The notes beneath the pieces are model-generated. The model saw only the letters and a list, made by a program, of their open reading frames with translations, was not told the origin of the DNA and did not search any database. A stretch of 64,000 nucleotides of DNA from Bacteroidota bacterium (GTDB lineage Bacteria > Bacteroidota > Bacteroidia > NS11-12g > UBA9320). This document shows, in pieces, positions 46,586 through 56,545 of this stretch. Both the position numbers and the translations under genes were made by a program. The stretch spans positions 15,806 to 79,805 of the forward strand of contig WGNA01000013.1 in the NCBI GenBank assembly GCA_016124755.1, in the 5' to 3' direction. Position 1 is the stretch's first letter. Each line of letters begins with the position of its first letter.

Positions 46586-47272
46586 ATGAAATATTTAATC
46601 GTAGGACTCGGAAACTTCGGTTCATCTCTTGCTCAGAAATTAACTCTTCAAGGCCACGAAGTAATTGGTATCGACACCCGTATGCAAAAAGTGGATTTGT
46701 ATAAAGAAAAGATTTCCCACACTATTTGCATGGATTCCACCGACGAGTTTACGGTTGGCGGTCTTCCTCTCGATGATACGGACGTTGTGATTGTTGCGAT
46801 CGGAGAAGATCAGGGTGCCAACATCATGGCCACAGCATTATTTAAAAACATGCAGGTAAAACGACTTATCAGCCGGGCAATTAATCCGCTTCATGAAAAA
46901 GTTTTACAGGCAATTGGTGTGGATGAAATTGTTCACCCTGAAGAAGAAACTGCGGAGCGTTGGGCTAAAAAATTATGTTTGATGAATGTGATCGATTCGT
47001 TTGAACTTAGTGATGATTACAGCATAATTGAAGTTAAGGTGCCCGAAAAATATACAGGTCGAACTATTGGAGAAATCGGTTTTACGGATAAATTTAAAAT
47101 TTTAGTTCTAACCACCATCCGAAAAACAGAAGTAAAAAGTTTTTTAGGTAAAACCCGCACAGAACCCGTTGTTCAGGGTGTTGCCACTCCGGATACGGTT
47201 TTAACCTCTAATGAAATTTTAGTTTTATACGGAGCAAATAACGACTTACAACATTTTTTGAAATCGTTTTGA
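46586..47272 (+). CDS. trkA: TrkA/KtrA RCK-domain potassium uptake protein
   Basis: Rossmann motif MKYLIVGLGNFGSSLA followed by a TrkA_C-like C-terminus. Directly downstream of trkH. Confidence 0.9.
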   Translation: MKYLIVGLGNFGSSLAQKLTLQGHEVIGIDTRMQKVDLYKEKISHTICMDSTDEFTVGGLPLDDTDVVIVAIGEDQGANIMATALFKNMQVKRLISRAINPLHEKVLQAIGVDEIVHPEEETAERWAKKLCLMNVIDSFELSDDYSIIEVKVPEKYTGRTIGEIGFTDKFKILVLTTIRKTEVKSFLGKTRTEPVVQGVATPDTVLTSNEILVLYGANNDLQHFLKSF

Positions 47273-47303
47273 TTTCATTATTCTTGAATAAATCATTGGA
47301 TAC

Positions 47304-47870
47304 ATGAAAAAGATTGCCAAGCTCCTTCCTATAATTATTTTGTCGGTTTATCTGGCATTTACCATTATTGGAGGATTGAGAGGGTTTGTTTACCTGAATG
47401 GCGAACCCGTTGAAGTTCTGCTGAACTGGAAACACTGGCTTTCTTTAACCCTGCTTGTAATAAATTACATCGCCTGGTTCAAGTTCCGTAAATTCTTCAA
47501 ATACTCACTTTCCGTAACACTTCTTTTGGGGCTTACCGGTGTTATTTTGTTTTCTTACGACAATCTGAAAACATTTTACACTTTCAACTCCTTCGAATTC
47601 GAGGTGTTTCCCAGAGTAATTTTTGCAGCACTGGTTTCAGTGATTGTTTATTTTAAGGATTTCAAAAGACTTCTAAGTAATCTGCGAACCGAAGCAGAAC
47701 TGGATCGCAAGAAAACGGAACTTAAGACATTAAATAGCGAAACAGATCAATTCCGGTTTAAATTCGAAAAGTATTCTGATCAAAAACTCCTTCAGATTGC
47801 AGAAGATGAATCATACTCAGAAGCAGCCCGATATGCAGCAAAAAGTTTAATTGCAGAGCGGAGTGTCTGA
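47304..47870 (+). CDS. hypothetical membrane protein
   Basis: ORF track. Four hydrophobic helices followed by a charged helical tail. Confidence 0.5.
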   Translation: MKKIAKLLPIIILSVYLAFTIIGGLRGFVYLNGEPVEVLLNWKHWLSLTLLVINYIAWFKFRKFFKYSLSVTLLLGLTGVILFSYDNLKTFYTFNSFEFEVFPRVIFAALVSVIVYFKDFKRLLSNLRTEAELDRKKTELKTLNSETDQFRFKFEKYSDQKLLQIAEDESYSEAARYAAKSLIAERSV

Positions 47871-48229
47871 GTTTTAACATTCCATCAGATCTTTTCGCCA
47901 AAAGGTGACAATTATCGCGAATAATAAATCACTTATAAATTCACAAACCAAAGACTATCCTCACTTCCCTTACTTTCTATAACAATTCTTTAATTTTGGT
48001 TTCAACGTCAAAACATGCGGAAGTTTGTGATTAATTGTATAGTCCGGTTAGCTAACCGAAAAACTGGGCGGCGCTTTTAGCACAGGCCTGCAACGAATAC
48101 GGATCAGAAAATTATTGTACTGCATTAAAATGTACAGAATCGCTGAATTCTGTATTCCCATCGTATACATATCGACTTATTGTACCGTAATACTGTTTGC
48201 CGGAAATATATTCGCATCCGGCAACAACC

Positions 48230-48559
48230 ATGTTCACCGTCAGCGAAATATCCGGCGTTAAAGTCGCACAAATTGAAGGAAACACAATTGCGATAAGTTC
48301 AGTAGAAGACAGTACTGATCTGATCGGGAATTTGTATTTTCAGGGAATTCAAAAACTTATGATTCACCAAAGAAATATGGCACCGGAGTTCTTTGATTTA
48401 AGTACCGGACTTGCCGGCGAAGTTTTGCAGAAGTTCAGTAATTACGGAATACAACTCATAATTACCGGTGATTTTGAAAATGTTAAAAGTAAGAGTCTTC
48501 GCGATTTTATCCGGGAAAGTAATCGTGGGACTTTGGTGAATTTTATATCAGAATCATGA
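48230..48559 (+). CDS. DUF4180 domain protein
   Basis: FFDLSTGLAGEVLQKFSNYGIQLIITGDF...SKSLRDFIRESNRG matches my recollection of the DUF4180 core. ATG at 48230 is preferred over TTG at 48197. Confidence 0.75.
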   Translation: MFTVSEISGVKVAQIEGNTIAISSVEDSTDLIGNLYFQGIQKLMIHQRNMAPEFFDLSTGLAGEVLQKFSNYGIQLIITGDFENVKSKSLRDFIRESNRGTLVNFISES

Positions 48560-49035
48560 ATTCAGATTCTAAAACTCAAAGTCGCTTGTTATTGCCGTCC
48601 GAAAAGCAATTAATCCACGAAATTGCTGATTTGTATTTCAATGAATGGGGAAGTCCGGTTGAAAGAACAATCGTCAGGTTAAGTCGTCCCATGCCGAATG
48701 AGGATGACCTTTTTCAATTGATTTTGTCGAATAATTCGGATTGGATTACCACCGGAGGAGTTAGCCTGAATGTTAACATTCTCAACATTTATCCTGAGTT
48801 AAAAAAATTCGGACCGTGGATTTCCATGTTGTGCACAAAGCCGGAATATCGAAGCAAAGGTTATGGGGAACAGCTTCTAAATAAAATTGAAAAATCCTCG
48901 AAAGAATTCGTTAACGATAAACTGTATCTCTACACATTTACCGCTGAAGATTTATACCGTAGAAACGGTTGGGAAACTATTGAACGGGTGATGTACAAAG
49001 GGTACGAAACCGCTGTAATGGAGAAGAGAATCTGA
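48556..49035 (+). CDS. GNAT family N-acetyltransferase
   Basis: Motif A region EYRSKGYGEQLLNKIE. ATGA overlap with the DUF4180 gene. Confidence 0.75.
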   Translation: MNSDSKTQSRLLLPSEKQLIHEIADLYFNEWGSPVERTIVRLSRPMPNEDDLFQLILSNNSDWITTGGVSLNVNILNIYPELKKFGPWISMLCTKPEYRSKGYGEQLLNKIEKSSKEFVNDKLYLYTFTAEDLYRRNGWETIERVMYKGYETAVMEKRI

Positions 49036-49107
49036 GATTCCCTTATTTTCTGCTTCCGGAATACAAGTGTTTCCGATATATTGCAGAGACAATAAAGTGT
49101 TGTCGTT

Positions 49108-49650
49108 ATGAAAACTCGTCTCTTCGTTTACATGCTAACTCTTGTGATCTTCGGATGCTCCCCTAAACCCGAAACCGACAAACCCAAAACAGAGCCTGTT
49201 GTCGAAGAGACTCAAGTAACGGTTGAAGTGGATACAACTCCAAGAGTGACGGGTATTGGAGGCGTATTTTTTTACTCGGATGATCCTGCTAAGACTAAAG
49301 AATGGTACGAGCAAAATCTGGGTATGAAAACCAACGAATGGGGCGCTTCTTTCGAATTCCGGAACGCCAATCGTCCGGATGAAATTAATTATCTGGAGTG
49401 GAGTCCGCACAAAACCGGTTCTTCGTACTTTTTGCCTTCTAAAAAAGATTTTATGATCAATTACCGGGTTCAGAACATTAAAGGACTTGTACATAAATTA
49501 AAAGCGAATGGGGTAACCGTTCTTGACACAATAGCCGAGTACGAATACGGAAAGTTTGTGCATTTAATGGATGCCGAAGGAAATAAAATCGAACTCTGGG
49601 AACCGGTGGATAGTGTGTTTACGAATATGGGAGGGGTTACGAATAAGTAG
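49108..49650 (+). CDS. VOC/glyoxalase family lipoprotein (paralog of 32064-32492)
   Basis: Lipobox LVIFGCS and a Pro/Glu/Thr linker, then VTGIGGVFFY..EWYEQNLGM ... YGKFVHLMDAEGNKIELWEP. Confidence 0.75.
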   Translation: MKTRLFVYMLTLVIFGCSPKPETDKPKTEPVVEETQVTVEVDTTPRVTGIGGVFFYSDDPAKTKEWYEQNLGMKTNEWGASFEFRNANRPDEINYLEWSPHKTGSSYFLPSKKDFMINYRVQNIKGLVHKLKANGVTVLDTIAEYEYGKFVHLMDAEGNKIELWEPVDSVFTNMGGVTNK

Positions 49651-49692
49651 AGCGAAGAGGGAAGAGCAAAAAGCGAAGAGGGAAGAGCAAAG
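49651..49692. repeat. 21-bp purine-rich tandem duplication
   Basis: agcgaagagggaagagcaaa(a/g) occurs twice, immediately after the VOC stop codon. Confidence 0.7.
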
Positions 49693-49750
49693 GAGATAAG
49701 AACTGAGAGCGATTGCGTTCACTTGCCTGTATGGCTTTAGAAAGGTAGTA

Positions 49751-50428
49751 ATGTACGATGTCAGATTTACGGTTTGCGAAAGTTTGCCGATCAAGAATTG
49801 TCGATTGCACTTCGTCGTTCAGATATGGTTTTTCATTTTTGTAACTGTCGAATTATTCTCGTGCACTGAGACAGAAAATAAATCCGGACATTCACTTTTG
49901 GCAAATCCAAAAACGGCGATTGAAAATCCGGTTAAACAATTTATTCCGACGGGTTATGAAATACTGATAGAGAAAACAGGTGATCTCAATTTAGACAGCC
50001 TCCCCGATAAAATTTTAGTGCTGGACAGTATTGGTGAACGGGAGAATTATAGCCAACCACCCAAACGAATTATGTTACTACTATTTGGAATTGAATCCGG
50101 TGGTTTTACCAGAGCTTTTGAAAATTCAAATGCTCTGTACACGCACGATATGGGAGGTGCCGGTGGTTTCGAACCGTTAAGTGATATAAAAATCGATACC
50201 GGGTATTTTTCAATAGAGTTAGCCGGTGGCTGGGGACGATTTAATTGGGAATTGAATTTTATGTTTTTGTATGATCCTCCAACCGGAAAATTTAATCTGA
50301 TAAAAGTACATTCGTACAAAACAGCCTTACAAGACACAACACTAGTTGAGGACCAAACCGAACTAACATTGAAAGAAATCGGTAAGGTATCTTTTGAAGA
50401 ATTTTCTGCAGTTAATTACGACCTATGA
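49751..50428 (+). CDS. hypothetical lipoprotein
   Basis: ORF track. A lipobox-like segment FVTVELFSC suggests a later start than 49751. Confidence 0.45.
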   Translation: MYDVRFTVCESLPIKNCRLHFVVQIWFFIFVTVELFSCTETENKSGHSLLANPKTAIENPVKQFIPTGYEILIEKTGDLNLDSLPDKILVLDSIGERENYSQPPKRIMLLLFGIESGGFTRAFENSNALYTHDMGGAGGFEPLSDIKIDTGYFSIELAGGWGRFNWELNFMFLYDPPTGKFNLIKVHSYKTALQDTTLVEDQTELTLKEIGKVSFEEFSAVNYDL

Positions 50429-51339
50429 ATCTTTTAAAAACCCTACCTACCCTGATACTCACTATTTCGTGTAATCTTACTAATGCTCAGGATCAATTCT
50501 GGCACCCGGTTGGAACCCAATGGACATACACCTGCAACGAATATATATGGCCGGCTGAAACCAACATATTAACCATCGTTGACACCGCAACCATAATGGA
50601 TAAGCAGGTTTCGGTTTTAATCCGGAATTACACCACCTGCGATTTAAGACCCGATACAGAATATTTTTACAAGCACAACGACAGCCTGTTGTATTGGGAA
50701 CAAGAAGCGAAGGAATTCAGGGTTTTATACAATTTTGGCGCACAACCAGGTGATACTTTTGAGTTCAAAACCTGGAAAGGAATTAATCACGATTCGTCAA
50801 GAATTGTAGTTGATTCCATTGGATGGTTTTTGTTCGATACATTAAAGTTAAAGAAATATTATGTGAGGTTGGAAAGTTGGAATCACTTTTCAGGTAATTG
50901 GTATAATGGATCTCATATAATAATTGAAGATATCGGTTGTCTTTCCAATCTATTTTTATTGGCAGAAAACGGCGGGTGTGACGTAGTTCAATGCACACAA
51001 CTTCGATGCTTCACAATACCCGGCAAGCCAACCATAAGCTTTGTTAACGGTGAATGTATTCTTGATGTCCGAAAGATTAAAGCAGAATCAATTGAAATAT
51101 ACCCAAATCCTGCTGTTGAAAAGCTTAGCATTCGCTTCCCAATAGATCAAACAGAAACAATAATTATCCGCAATGCCACCGGTAAGGTAATTAAATCTGT
51201 TCGATCCAAAGACATCACAGATTTTGAATCTGAAGAATTTTGCATTTCAGTAAGTGATTTAAGTCCCGGGATTTATCATTTGTCTTTAGTATTGAGTAAT
51301 AGTTACAGATTGGCAAGTGCATTTTTCATTGTTAATTAG
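50425..51339 (+). CDS. T9SS C-terminal sorting domain protein
   Basis: Signal peptide plus a Por_Secre_tail pattern: IEIYPNPAVEKLSIRF...IRNATGKVI...GIYHLSLVL. ATGA overlap with the upstream gene. Confidence 0.85.
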   Translation: MNLLKTLPTLILTISCNLTNAQDQFWHPVGTQWTYTCNEYIWPAETNILTIVDTATIMDKQVSVLIRNYTTCDLRPDTEYFYKHNDSLLYWEQEAKEFRVLYNFGAQPGDTFEFKTWKGINHDSSRIVVDSIGWFLFDTLKLKKYYVRLESWNHFSGNWYNGSHIIIEDIGCLSNLFLLAENGGCDVVQCTQLRCFTIPGKPTISFVNGECILDVRKIKAESIEIYPNPAVEKLSIRFPIDQTETIIIRNATGKVIKSVRSKDITDFESEEFCISVSDLSPGIYHLSLVLSNSYRLASAFFIVN

Positions 51340-51377
51340 TTACGGTATAATCTCTTAAGCCTGTCGCCGTTAGCACC

Positions 51378-52106
51378 ATGAATTCTATGAAACATTTGAT
51401 TTTAACTTCCTCTGTTGTGCTTCTTTTAATTGCCATTTCTACCTTTTTCGCCGGCGCCCAAAGCGGACCATGGCAACTAAATTTCTACCTGAATTCTCAG
51501 TATACCGCACAGAGTGCTTTCCGGAAAACGAATATTGGGAACAACAATACACTCGTTAGCGGTACCACTTTTCAAACCGGCATTTTTTCTTTCGGAGCGC
51601 AAAAATTGATGAGTGACAAAACTGCGATTGAATTTGAACTGATGCCTGTTCAATTAAAGAGAAACCTATCTAAAATAACCACTTCCACACTCGGAGCAGA
51701 ATCGGTTACGGTCGGCTCCATCAACACCAAAATTAATTCGTACTGCCGCGTTCAATGGATATCATTTTTCAACTCTGCCAACCACCGATTCAGACCTTAT
51801 TTGGGTTATGGCTTTTTGGTAGGTTTCAATTCAGAAACTGACCTGCCGTTTAATTCTCAGACATTTCCGGTTTTGTCTTCAACCTTAAAAGTCGCGCTGA
51901 ATTTAGCTCCGGGTTGTTCCTGGAAAGTGAACGACTTACTCGCGCTTCGGATGGATTTTCCCGTTAATCCTGCTTCCATTGGAATCGAGTCCATGCGAAT
52001 TAAAAATCCGGTTTTTACGCCGGAACAAGAAATTCAACGCACGATTGTAGTCCAAATTCCATCTCCGGATTTAATGTTAAGATTTGGGTGTTCTATTCGC
52101 ATCTAA
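51378..52106 (+). CDS. outer-membrane beta-barrel-like protein
   Basis: Signal peptide VVLLLIAISTFFAGAQ. Alternating beta-strand pattern over about 220 aa. Confidence 0.5.
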   Translation: MNSMKHLILTSSVVLLLIAISTFFAGAQSGPWQLNFYLNSQYTAQSAFRKTNIGNNNTLVSGTTFQTGIFSFGAQKLMSDKTAIEFELMPVQLKRNLSKITTSTLGAESVTVGSINTKINSYCRVQWISFFNSANHRFRPYLGYGFLVGFNSETDLPFNSQTFPVLSSTLKVALNLAPGCSWKVNDLLALRMDFPVNPASIGIESMRIKNPVFTPEQEIQRTIVVQIPSPDLMLRFGCSIRI

Positions 52107-52168
52107 AATTTCTCCGACCCGATTTTCGAATCATTGATTGGCATATATTGCTGCGCTTTAAATAACAC

Positions 52169-52927
52169 ATGAACCTTCAAAAATTACTCACATTCGGGCT
52201 GCTGTTTATTTCAGTAAATCTGCTCGCTCAGCCAACATTCCGATCATCTGATACTACTCGCGGAACTAAACTGGAAATGGATTCCGTTCTGGCATTTACC
52301 GCTGTTTGCAGCGACTATTACCTCACCATTGATGAAGAAGGAAACACCATTGGCTACCCGATTCTCGACAGCACATTGGGTGACGCCGTCCACTTTTCCA
52401 CGACTTTGGATTTCTCGAATGAAGTCCGTGACATTCTCGGAGGAAAAAACGATTTATGGGTCGTTTACGAAAATGGAACCACGGCTCAATATAAAATTCT
52501 GGCCGGAGACATTGTATTTCAGAAAACACTTACCGGATCACAAATCGCCAATGCCGGCACTCCCGCAAAATATCTGATTGCATTTGATCAGGGAATTGGC
52601 GTGATTAATACCAAAGGTGAAATCTGGCTGCACCTCATTAAAAAGAAAGTTGAAAATGCCGTTCAGGTAAAATCACCTAAGATCGCAGTTGAAGGCGTTC
52701 CGGCGACCAACGTATTCCGGTACCGGCAATATGTAGTTGTGCTGAATGAAAGTGGTGATCTCTGGGCTCATGAAATAGTGGTAATTCCCGACGCCGTATT
52801 TATCTCTTTCGCCCGACAAATGAAAGGGCCGAAACTCCGCAACATTCAGCACGTCACCACATCCGATAATCTGATGTTTACTGTGGATGATCAGGGATTT
52901 CTAAAGATGTATATGTGCGCTTTGTAA
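52169..52927 (+). CDS. hypothetical secreted protein with repeated W-containing blades
   Basis: Signal peptide LTFGLLFISVNLLAQ. Recurring short motifs: NDLWVVYENG, GEIWLHLI, GDLWAHEI. Confidence 0.45.
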   Translation: MNLQKLLTFGLLFISVNLLAQPTFRSSDTTRGTKLEMDSVLAFTAVCSDYYLTIDEEGNTIGYPILDSTLGDAVHFSTTLDFSNEVRDILGGKNDLWVVYENGTTAQYKILAGDIVFQKTLTGSQIANAGTPAKYLIAFDQGIGVINTKGEIWLHLIKKKVENAVQVKSPKIAVEGVPATNVFRYRQYVVVLNESGDLWAHEIVVIPDAVFISFARQMKGPKLRNIQHVTTSDNLMFTVDDQGFLKMYMCAL

Positions 52928-53047
52928 AGTTCAGACGCTGACGATTACCGATACCGGATGAACAAAAATATTTTCCGAGCGTAACCTGAATTTTTCGATT
53001 TCGGGAAATTTTTTCTTGTTGTTTGTTGAAGTTTTGCTTGAAGTTCT

Positions 53048-53079
53048 GAGAAGGGCTTAAGCCCTTTCTTGCGCGCGTG
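53048..53079 (-). repeat. GC-rich palindromic hairpin element, copy C (inverted flank)
   Basis: GAGAAGGGCTTAAGCCCTTTCT-tgcgcgcgtg. Same core as copies A and B, with the GC-rich flank on the other side. Confidence 0.75.
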
Positions 53080-53277
53080 ATATTCAAAACAACCACATCC
53101 GGTTTAACCAGGTTTCATAATAACTCCATAAAAAACCAAACGCCTCTTCTAAGACCGAAACCGTTCATTTAGTCTCAAATCAATTCAAGTAATTTGAATT
53201 TGATGTGAGTTTGATGCACCGGTGATTTTCCTTAACTTCGATGTGCCACCAATTTTAAATCACTATGTATTAAAAAA

Positions 53278-53799
53278 ATGAAATACTCTGTTATCCTCTT
53301 AGCCCTTCTTGTCGCTTCCTGTGCTAAAAAATCCGGTAACATTAAAAATGGTGAAGAGGGATTTTACCTGCCGGATTCACTTTATACGATCATCACTTTT
53401 AACCCCGAATGGACATGGATGTTTACAAACGTCTTTCCCACCAACCTATCGCAAAACGAACTTTCGAAAATCGAATACATCATTGGGCGGGCCGTTCGCG
53501 AAAATGACGAATTGCAATCATTGGAGAAAGCTGTTCGAAACAATGAATCAGCGGAAAATCAAGAAAAAGAAGGTGGTTTTGAACTGGCAACCGACAATTA
53601 TCACCGACAATATGTTCCGGTAATCAATCAATACGGACAAAAGGAAATCTGGGTGAACTTTTTTTGTGGCGACCTGCATTCGTCTCAATGGAAGTCAGGA
53701 TTGGTTATGGTAAAAGACGGAGGGAGATGCTATTTTAATTTGAAAATCAATCTGCAATCAGAAACCTATTCCGAATTGCGAATCAATGGGGAGGCGTAG
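53278..53799 (+). CDS. hypothetical lipoprotein
   Basis: Lipobox LLALLVASC. No family recognised. Confidence 0.55.
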   Translation: MKYSVILLALLVASCAKKSGNIKNGEEGFYLPDSLYTIITFNPEWTWMFTNVFPTNLSQNELSKIEYIIGRAVRENDELQSLEKAVRNNESAENQEKEGGFELATDNYHRQYVPVINQYGQKEIWVNFFCGDLHSSQWKSGLVMVKDGGRCYFNLKINLQSETYSELRINGEA

Positions 53800-53800
53800 G

Positions 53801-53830
53801 ATTTAATGCTTCTCCGTAAACCTACACCAA
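53801..53830 (-). mobile_element. solo terminal repeat of the MITE-like element
   Basis: atttaatgcttctccgtaaacctacaccaa matches the left terminus of copy 2 (atttaaatgcttctccgtttagatacaccaa). No element interior follows it. Confidence 0.6.
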
Positions 53831-53879
53831 AAAAAACTCATTAGGCACCGGAAGCGGGATTGAAGAAGTTCGGAAAAAA

Positions 53880-54446
53880 ATGTTAAATCAGATTAAATAT
53901 TACCTTCACCTATTTCTAATTGCCACTCTTCTTTTTCTTCACTTTTCCTGCAATCACGCTAAACAATCATACTGTGCCTGCGCTCCTTCTAAATATACCG
54001 ACATGTTTCCGAGTACGGATGAATACACGGTTCATTTCGAATTAAAGGAGGCAATTGAATGTGCAAAGAAATGCGGTAAACCGTTGTTTATTCAATTTAC
54101 CGGACATGACGTTAAGATAGATGAAACGGACGAACTCATTATTAATTCCACAGCCATTCGGGAGAAGTTGTACCGCGATTTCATTTGGCTTCAGATGTAC
54201 CTTGATGATAAACGGGATGCCGATCCGGAAGATTATGTGCTCACCTGAAGAGGTGATACGGCAAAAAGCATTGGCAAGATAAATTTGTGTTTACAAAACC
54301 AATATTTCAATACCAATATGTTAGGATATGTTTTTACGGATTATTCACTTAATTCATCAGAAATATTCTCTTTCACAACTGATGAAGATGAATTCCTCGG
54401 CTTTTTAGAAACGGGTTTAAAGAAGTTCGGAAAGATCCGGAAATGA
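53880..54446 (+). pseudogene. degenerate thioredoxin-fold (DsbD C-terminal-like) gene with in-frame TGA
   Basis: KPLFIQFTGH has no following CxxC. The TGA at 54246-54248 is followed in frame by RGDTAKSIGKINLCLQNQYFNTNMLGYVFTD...FLGFLETGLKKFGKIRK*, which continues the expected family pattern. Confidence 0.5.
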
Positions 54447-54623
54447 TACAACATGAGTATCACCAAATCATCCCCTATGAATTTTATCTATAAGTGATTT
54501 GAAATGGACACAGAAACCAACAATTTTCGCAAGAACTGCTCCTTTCCTCATTCAGATAATACCAGTGGTCAAAAGGTGTTTGATACCACAAAGCGAAACT
54601 TCCATTAAATATTAACTTGCTCT

Positions 54624-55466
54624 ATGACCAAGCAGGTCAATCTAAAATTAACCTCCAGGATGGATTGCGTAAAACGAAATATTTGTTCTTCAATTCTTAA
54701 AATCCTTGTGGATATATGGATTATTTTCACATCTCTTTCCGATTCATTTGCCATTGCACAAGTACAATATACCAGCAACAACACGAATTCTGCAAATTTG
54801 GAATATGCGCAAAAACCTCCGTTAACAGACACCATTTGTAGTAATGATGCTTTAAGAGCACAAACCGAAATCATGGCTGGAAGGTTAAGTTTTATATACA
54901 ATGGAGATTATCGATTTGGTTTACCCCAAGAGGTGAGAAAATTATGTGATAGCATGAAGCTTTCATTTAAAAGTTCGGGTTATAATGATATCATCAGTAA
55001 CCAAATGAGATGGTGCTACGAAGTATTAATGGACGCGGCTTTGACAGATACTTTCGGACATGAATTTAAGGAAAAACTCATAGCACGAGCAAAGGAAAAT
55101 TTAAAAGATTCATTTAAATTTTCCGAAACATTTTACTTAGGATCCGCTTGTGAAATACCAACAAAGCTCCACTATCGCAAAGAATTCTCAGATCAATTGT
55201 ACAATCTGATCACTGATGACACTTCTTTTCAAAATGAATGGGGAATTCCGATTAACGCAGATTTATACATTCAAAAAACAGGTGAAGTCCGAAACATAAA
55301 TATTAGGGAAGAATATTTACCCAAAGCGTTAGTGGAAAAAATCAAGGATCTCGTATACCGATACATAATGATGGACTACCGCTACTGGCAGGCAGGTTCA
55401 ATATTTGGAGTTCCGGTTAACACGGTGATTACTGTCAATTTCACAATTGTGTACAAAGAACTGTGA
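54624..55466 (+). CDS. hypothetical secreted protein
   Basis: ORF track. A signal-like segment ILKILVDIWIIFTSLSDSFAIAQ is present; the start may be the Met at 54660. Confidence 0.45.
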   Translation: MTKQVNLKLTSRMDCVKRNICSSILKILVDIWIIFTSLSDSFAIAQVQYTSNNTNSANLEYAQKPPLTDTICSNDALRAQTEIMAGRLSFIYNGDYRFGLPQEVRKLCDSMKLSFKSSGYNDIISNQMRWCYEVLMDAALTDTFGHEFKEKLIARAKENLKDSFKFSETFYLGSACEIPTKLHYRKEFSDQLYNLITDDTSFQNEWGIPINADLYIQKTGEVRNINIREEYLPKALVEKIKDLVYRYIMMDYRYWQAGSIFGVPVNTVITVNFTIVYKEL

Positions 55467-55534
55467 TATCAAAATCCTCAAAATCTGAATTTTGAGAATC
55501 TGTTAAACTGGATGGTATTAAGATACCGCTTGTA

Positions 55535-55884
55535 CTAAAACTTTAATGTTTCATTGCACCAACTTTTTGTTAGTATTAAAAAAACAAATTGAATTGTGCG
55601 AAGAGGATCCTAAAACAACAATAGGATCGCGTGGGTGGGCTGTCGGAAAGGCGGGATAGCCCCGGCGGGAATTTGTCATTTGGTAGAAAATCGGGAAAGT
55701 GCTTGACACTTCTTTCCCCAGATTTTCAACAAATGATAAAGGGAGCTTGGGCAGCTTTCATTCCGACTTGATTTTTTGCTTACTTTTTTATCAAGAAAAA
55801 AGTAAGAAGAAAAGTAACCTTAAATCGATCCCAAACCCATTTACATCTTTGGTGTATCTTCACGGAGAAGCATTAAAACTTTAG
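55535..55884 (+). mobile_element. MITE-like nonautonomous element, copy 3
   Basis: About 350 bp. The interior is nearly identical to the reverse complement of copy 2. The ends are ctaaaactttaatgtttc... and ...gagaagcattaaaactttag, an inverted pair with a short deletion in the left one. Confidence 0.75.
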
Positions 55885-55921
55885 TAGATTGCGGGAATAA
55901 CAAACGCTCAACATAAAACCG

Positions 55922-56545
55922 ATGAAGGCTTCCGTTCAATGTAGAATGCAAATTGAAAATTTTTTCAGAGGTGCCTTAATTGGACTCATATTTATACCGT
56001 CTTTCGCTATTTCAAGAGGCATCGGCCCCTATTCAACCTACATGATATATTCAGGGATAACTAATTCACAGAGCCGACTTTATGCTTCATTCAATTTTCA
56101 ATACGAATTTTACCGCCAACCTTGTTCGACAGTTTATCATAAAAAATTCGGGCAGACTCAATATCGGGGAGTCGGTGGATCCTATTCTCATATTGCAAAT
56201 CAGCATACCGCCGGAATTAAAGGGTTTATCAATCCGTTTAACATTGAAGCGCGAACCGGATTTCATCAGGTGAATGTGCCGTACGTTTTTGTCGAAACGC
56301 AGTACCATTTCAAGTCTGCAAATGAATCGCCGGGCATTTGGACAAACGATTTTGGACTGGGTTTGAATTCTGTTTTATTGGAAGATCTTCGTTTCCCGAT
56401 CAAGTTATTCGGACAAATTGGCTATCGAAAATTCCCAAATAGATCGGGACAGAATAATGCAATCATTTTTGAAATAAAAGCAGGCATCGGTTTTAACCCA
56501 AAAGCAAAACGTCCGAGGGGATACTGCACCAAAAGAGTGATTTGA
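55922..56545 (+). CDS. hypothetical OMP-like protein
   Basis: ORF track. Hydrophobic N-terminus GALIGLIFIPSFAIS. Beta-type alternation. Confidence 0.4.
   Translation: MKASVQCRMQIENFFRGALIGLIFIPSFAISRGIGPYSTYMIYSGITNSQSRLYASFNFQYEFYRQPCSTVYHKKFGQTQYRGVGGSYSHIANQHTAGIKGFINPFNIEARTGFHQVNVPYVFVETQYHFKSANESPGIWTNDFGLGLNSVLLEDLRFPIKLFGQIGYRKFPNRSGQNNAIIFEIKAGIGFNPKAKRPRGYCTKRVI

Noticed and set aside
47871-48196. Possible tRNA or sRNA in the intergenic region (ggttagctaaccgaaaaactgggcggcgc...)
   Set aside because: No cloverleaf can be drawn: there is no acceptor or T-arm pairing and no GTTC-type T-loop. I found no tRNA-like sequence in any other intergenic region either.
54246-54248. TGA as selenocysteine, or as a sign of an alternative genetic code
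   Set aside because: Many confidently called genes in this window terminate with TGA at the expected C-termini, so TGA is a stop here. The codon is also not at the thioredoxin redox motif where Sec would be expected. I kept this as a low-probability alternative within the pseudogene finding.
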